Below, piece after piece: positions 63,470 to 64,000 of a stretch of DNA of 64,000 nucleotides; within the stretch, counting starts at the first letter, position 1, and each line of letters opens with the position of its first letter. The translations under genes were made by a program, and so were the position numbers. The stretch is taken from positions 7,688,001 through 7,752,000 of the forward strand of contig CM060733.1 in the NCBI GenBank assembly GCA_030704615.1, written 5' to 3'. This DNA is from Takakia lepidozioides (Eukaryota; Plantae; Bryophyta). The notes beneath the pieces are model-generated. The model ran no database searches, was not told the DNA's origin, and saw only the letters and a program-made list of their open reading frames with translations.

Positions 63470-64000
63470 GTATAACTCCTCCATTTCCCTTTATTGGCTG
63501 CCACTGTTCTTGAAATATACTCAATGCTAGGATTTGCCAAAATATAGTTTGGATAGTAGAAATAACCTTATTATGGGAGTATACATTGAGAGAATGTACT
63601 CACAAGACATTGTTTGCTGGAGAGAGAGAGAGAGAGAGAAGTACCAAAAGGGTGTCACTATCAATGTAGGCTTGGGGCTATTGCTCTGCTGAGATATAAC
63701 CCCTCCCATTGTAGTCCTCAGTGTGCAGTACTCACAGTATTAAACTGCCATGGTTCTCTTGCCACTTAATGACATGTCTCAAACCCAATTTGGGCCAAGT
63801 GCATGGGAGGGTGAGAGTCAATACAAGAGAGAGTCAGAGAGCACTGGTAGATACAGATGGGCTTCTGTTCCAATTGTATGGTCTCTGAAAGTCCCTTTCC
63901 ACCAAAAAACTGGGCGTGAGGTCTACGGCCACAAGTCTACGGCAAACAATGTCTTCTGATTACATTTTATATAGTCTCTGAAAGGTTCATGGTTGAACTT

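Overview
Eukaryotic land-plant genomic DNA, probably a non-seed plant such as a bryophyte (inferred from the PLS-type PPR fragments, UVR8 and intron style). The first ~34 kb is nested DNA transposons. A non-autonomous CACTA element (673-17330, TSD TGC) carries captured PPR and EPL-like fragments and hosts a 10.9-kb Mutator-like element, MULE-A (1685-12592, 9-bp TSD). Several MITEs and a second Mutator-like element, MULE-B (21723-33405, 9-bp TSD, long TIRs), follow. The right half holds tRNA-Ile(AAT), a CGFS monothiol glutaredoxin (GRXS15-like), UVR8, more MITEs (two with piggyBac-type TTAA/CCC ends), nested Copia remnants and the 5' part of an NF-YC/DPB3-type histone-fold gene. Main finding: both MULEs, which belong to different families, have their DDE transposase split mid-exon into two halves on opposite strands by one near-precise internal inversion (A ~4065-8434; B ~28888-30768). 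Each inversion also cuts the element's second gene. Flipping the segment back in silico rejoins the genes in frame (Tpase A still lacks 2 nt), with only ~1 bp of homology at the junctions and no recombinase in view. The second gene of MULE-A ends in a spliced beta-class N6-adenine/N4-cytosine DNA methyltransferase-like domain, and its introns contain arrays of a 24-bp palindrome. Both elements also show C-to-T decay. All family assignments come from motif recognition, not database searches.
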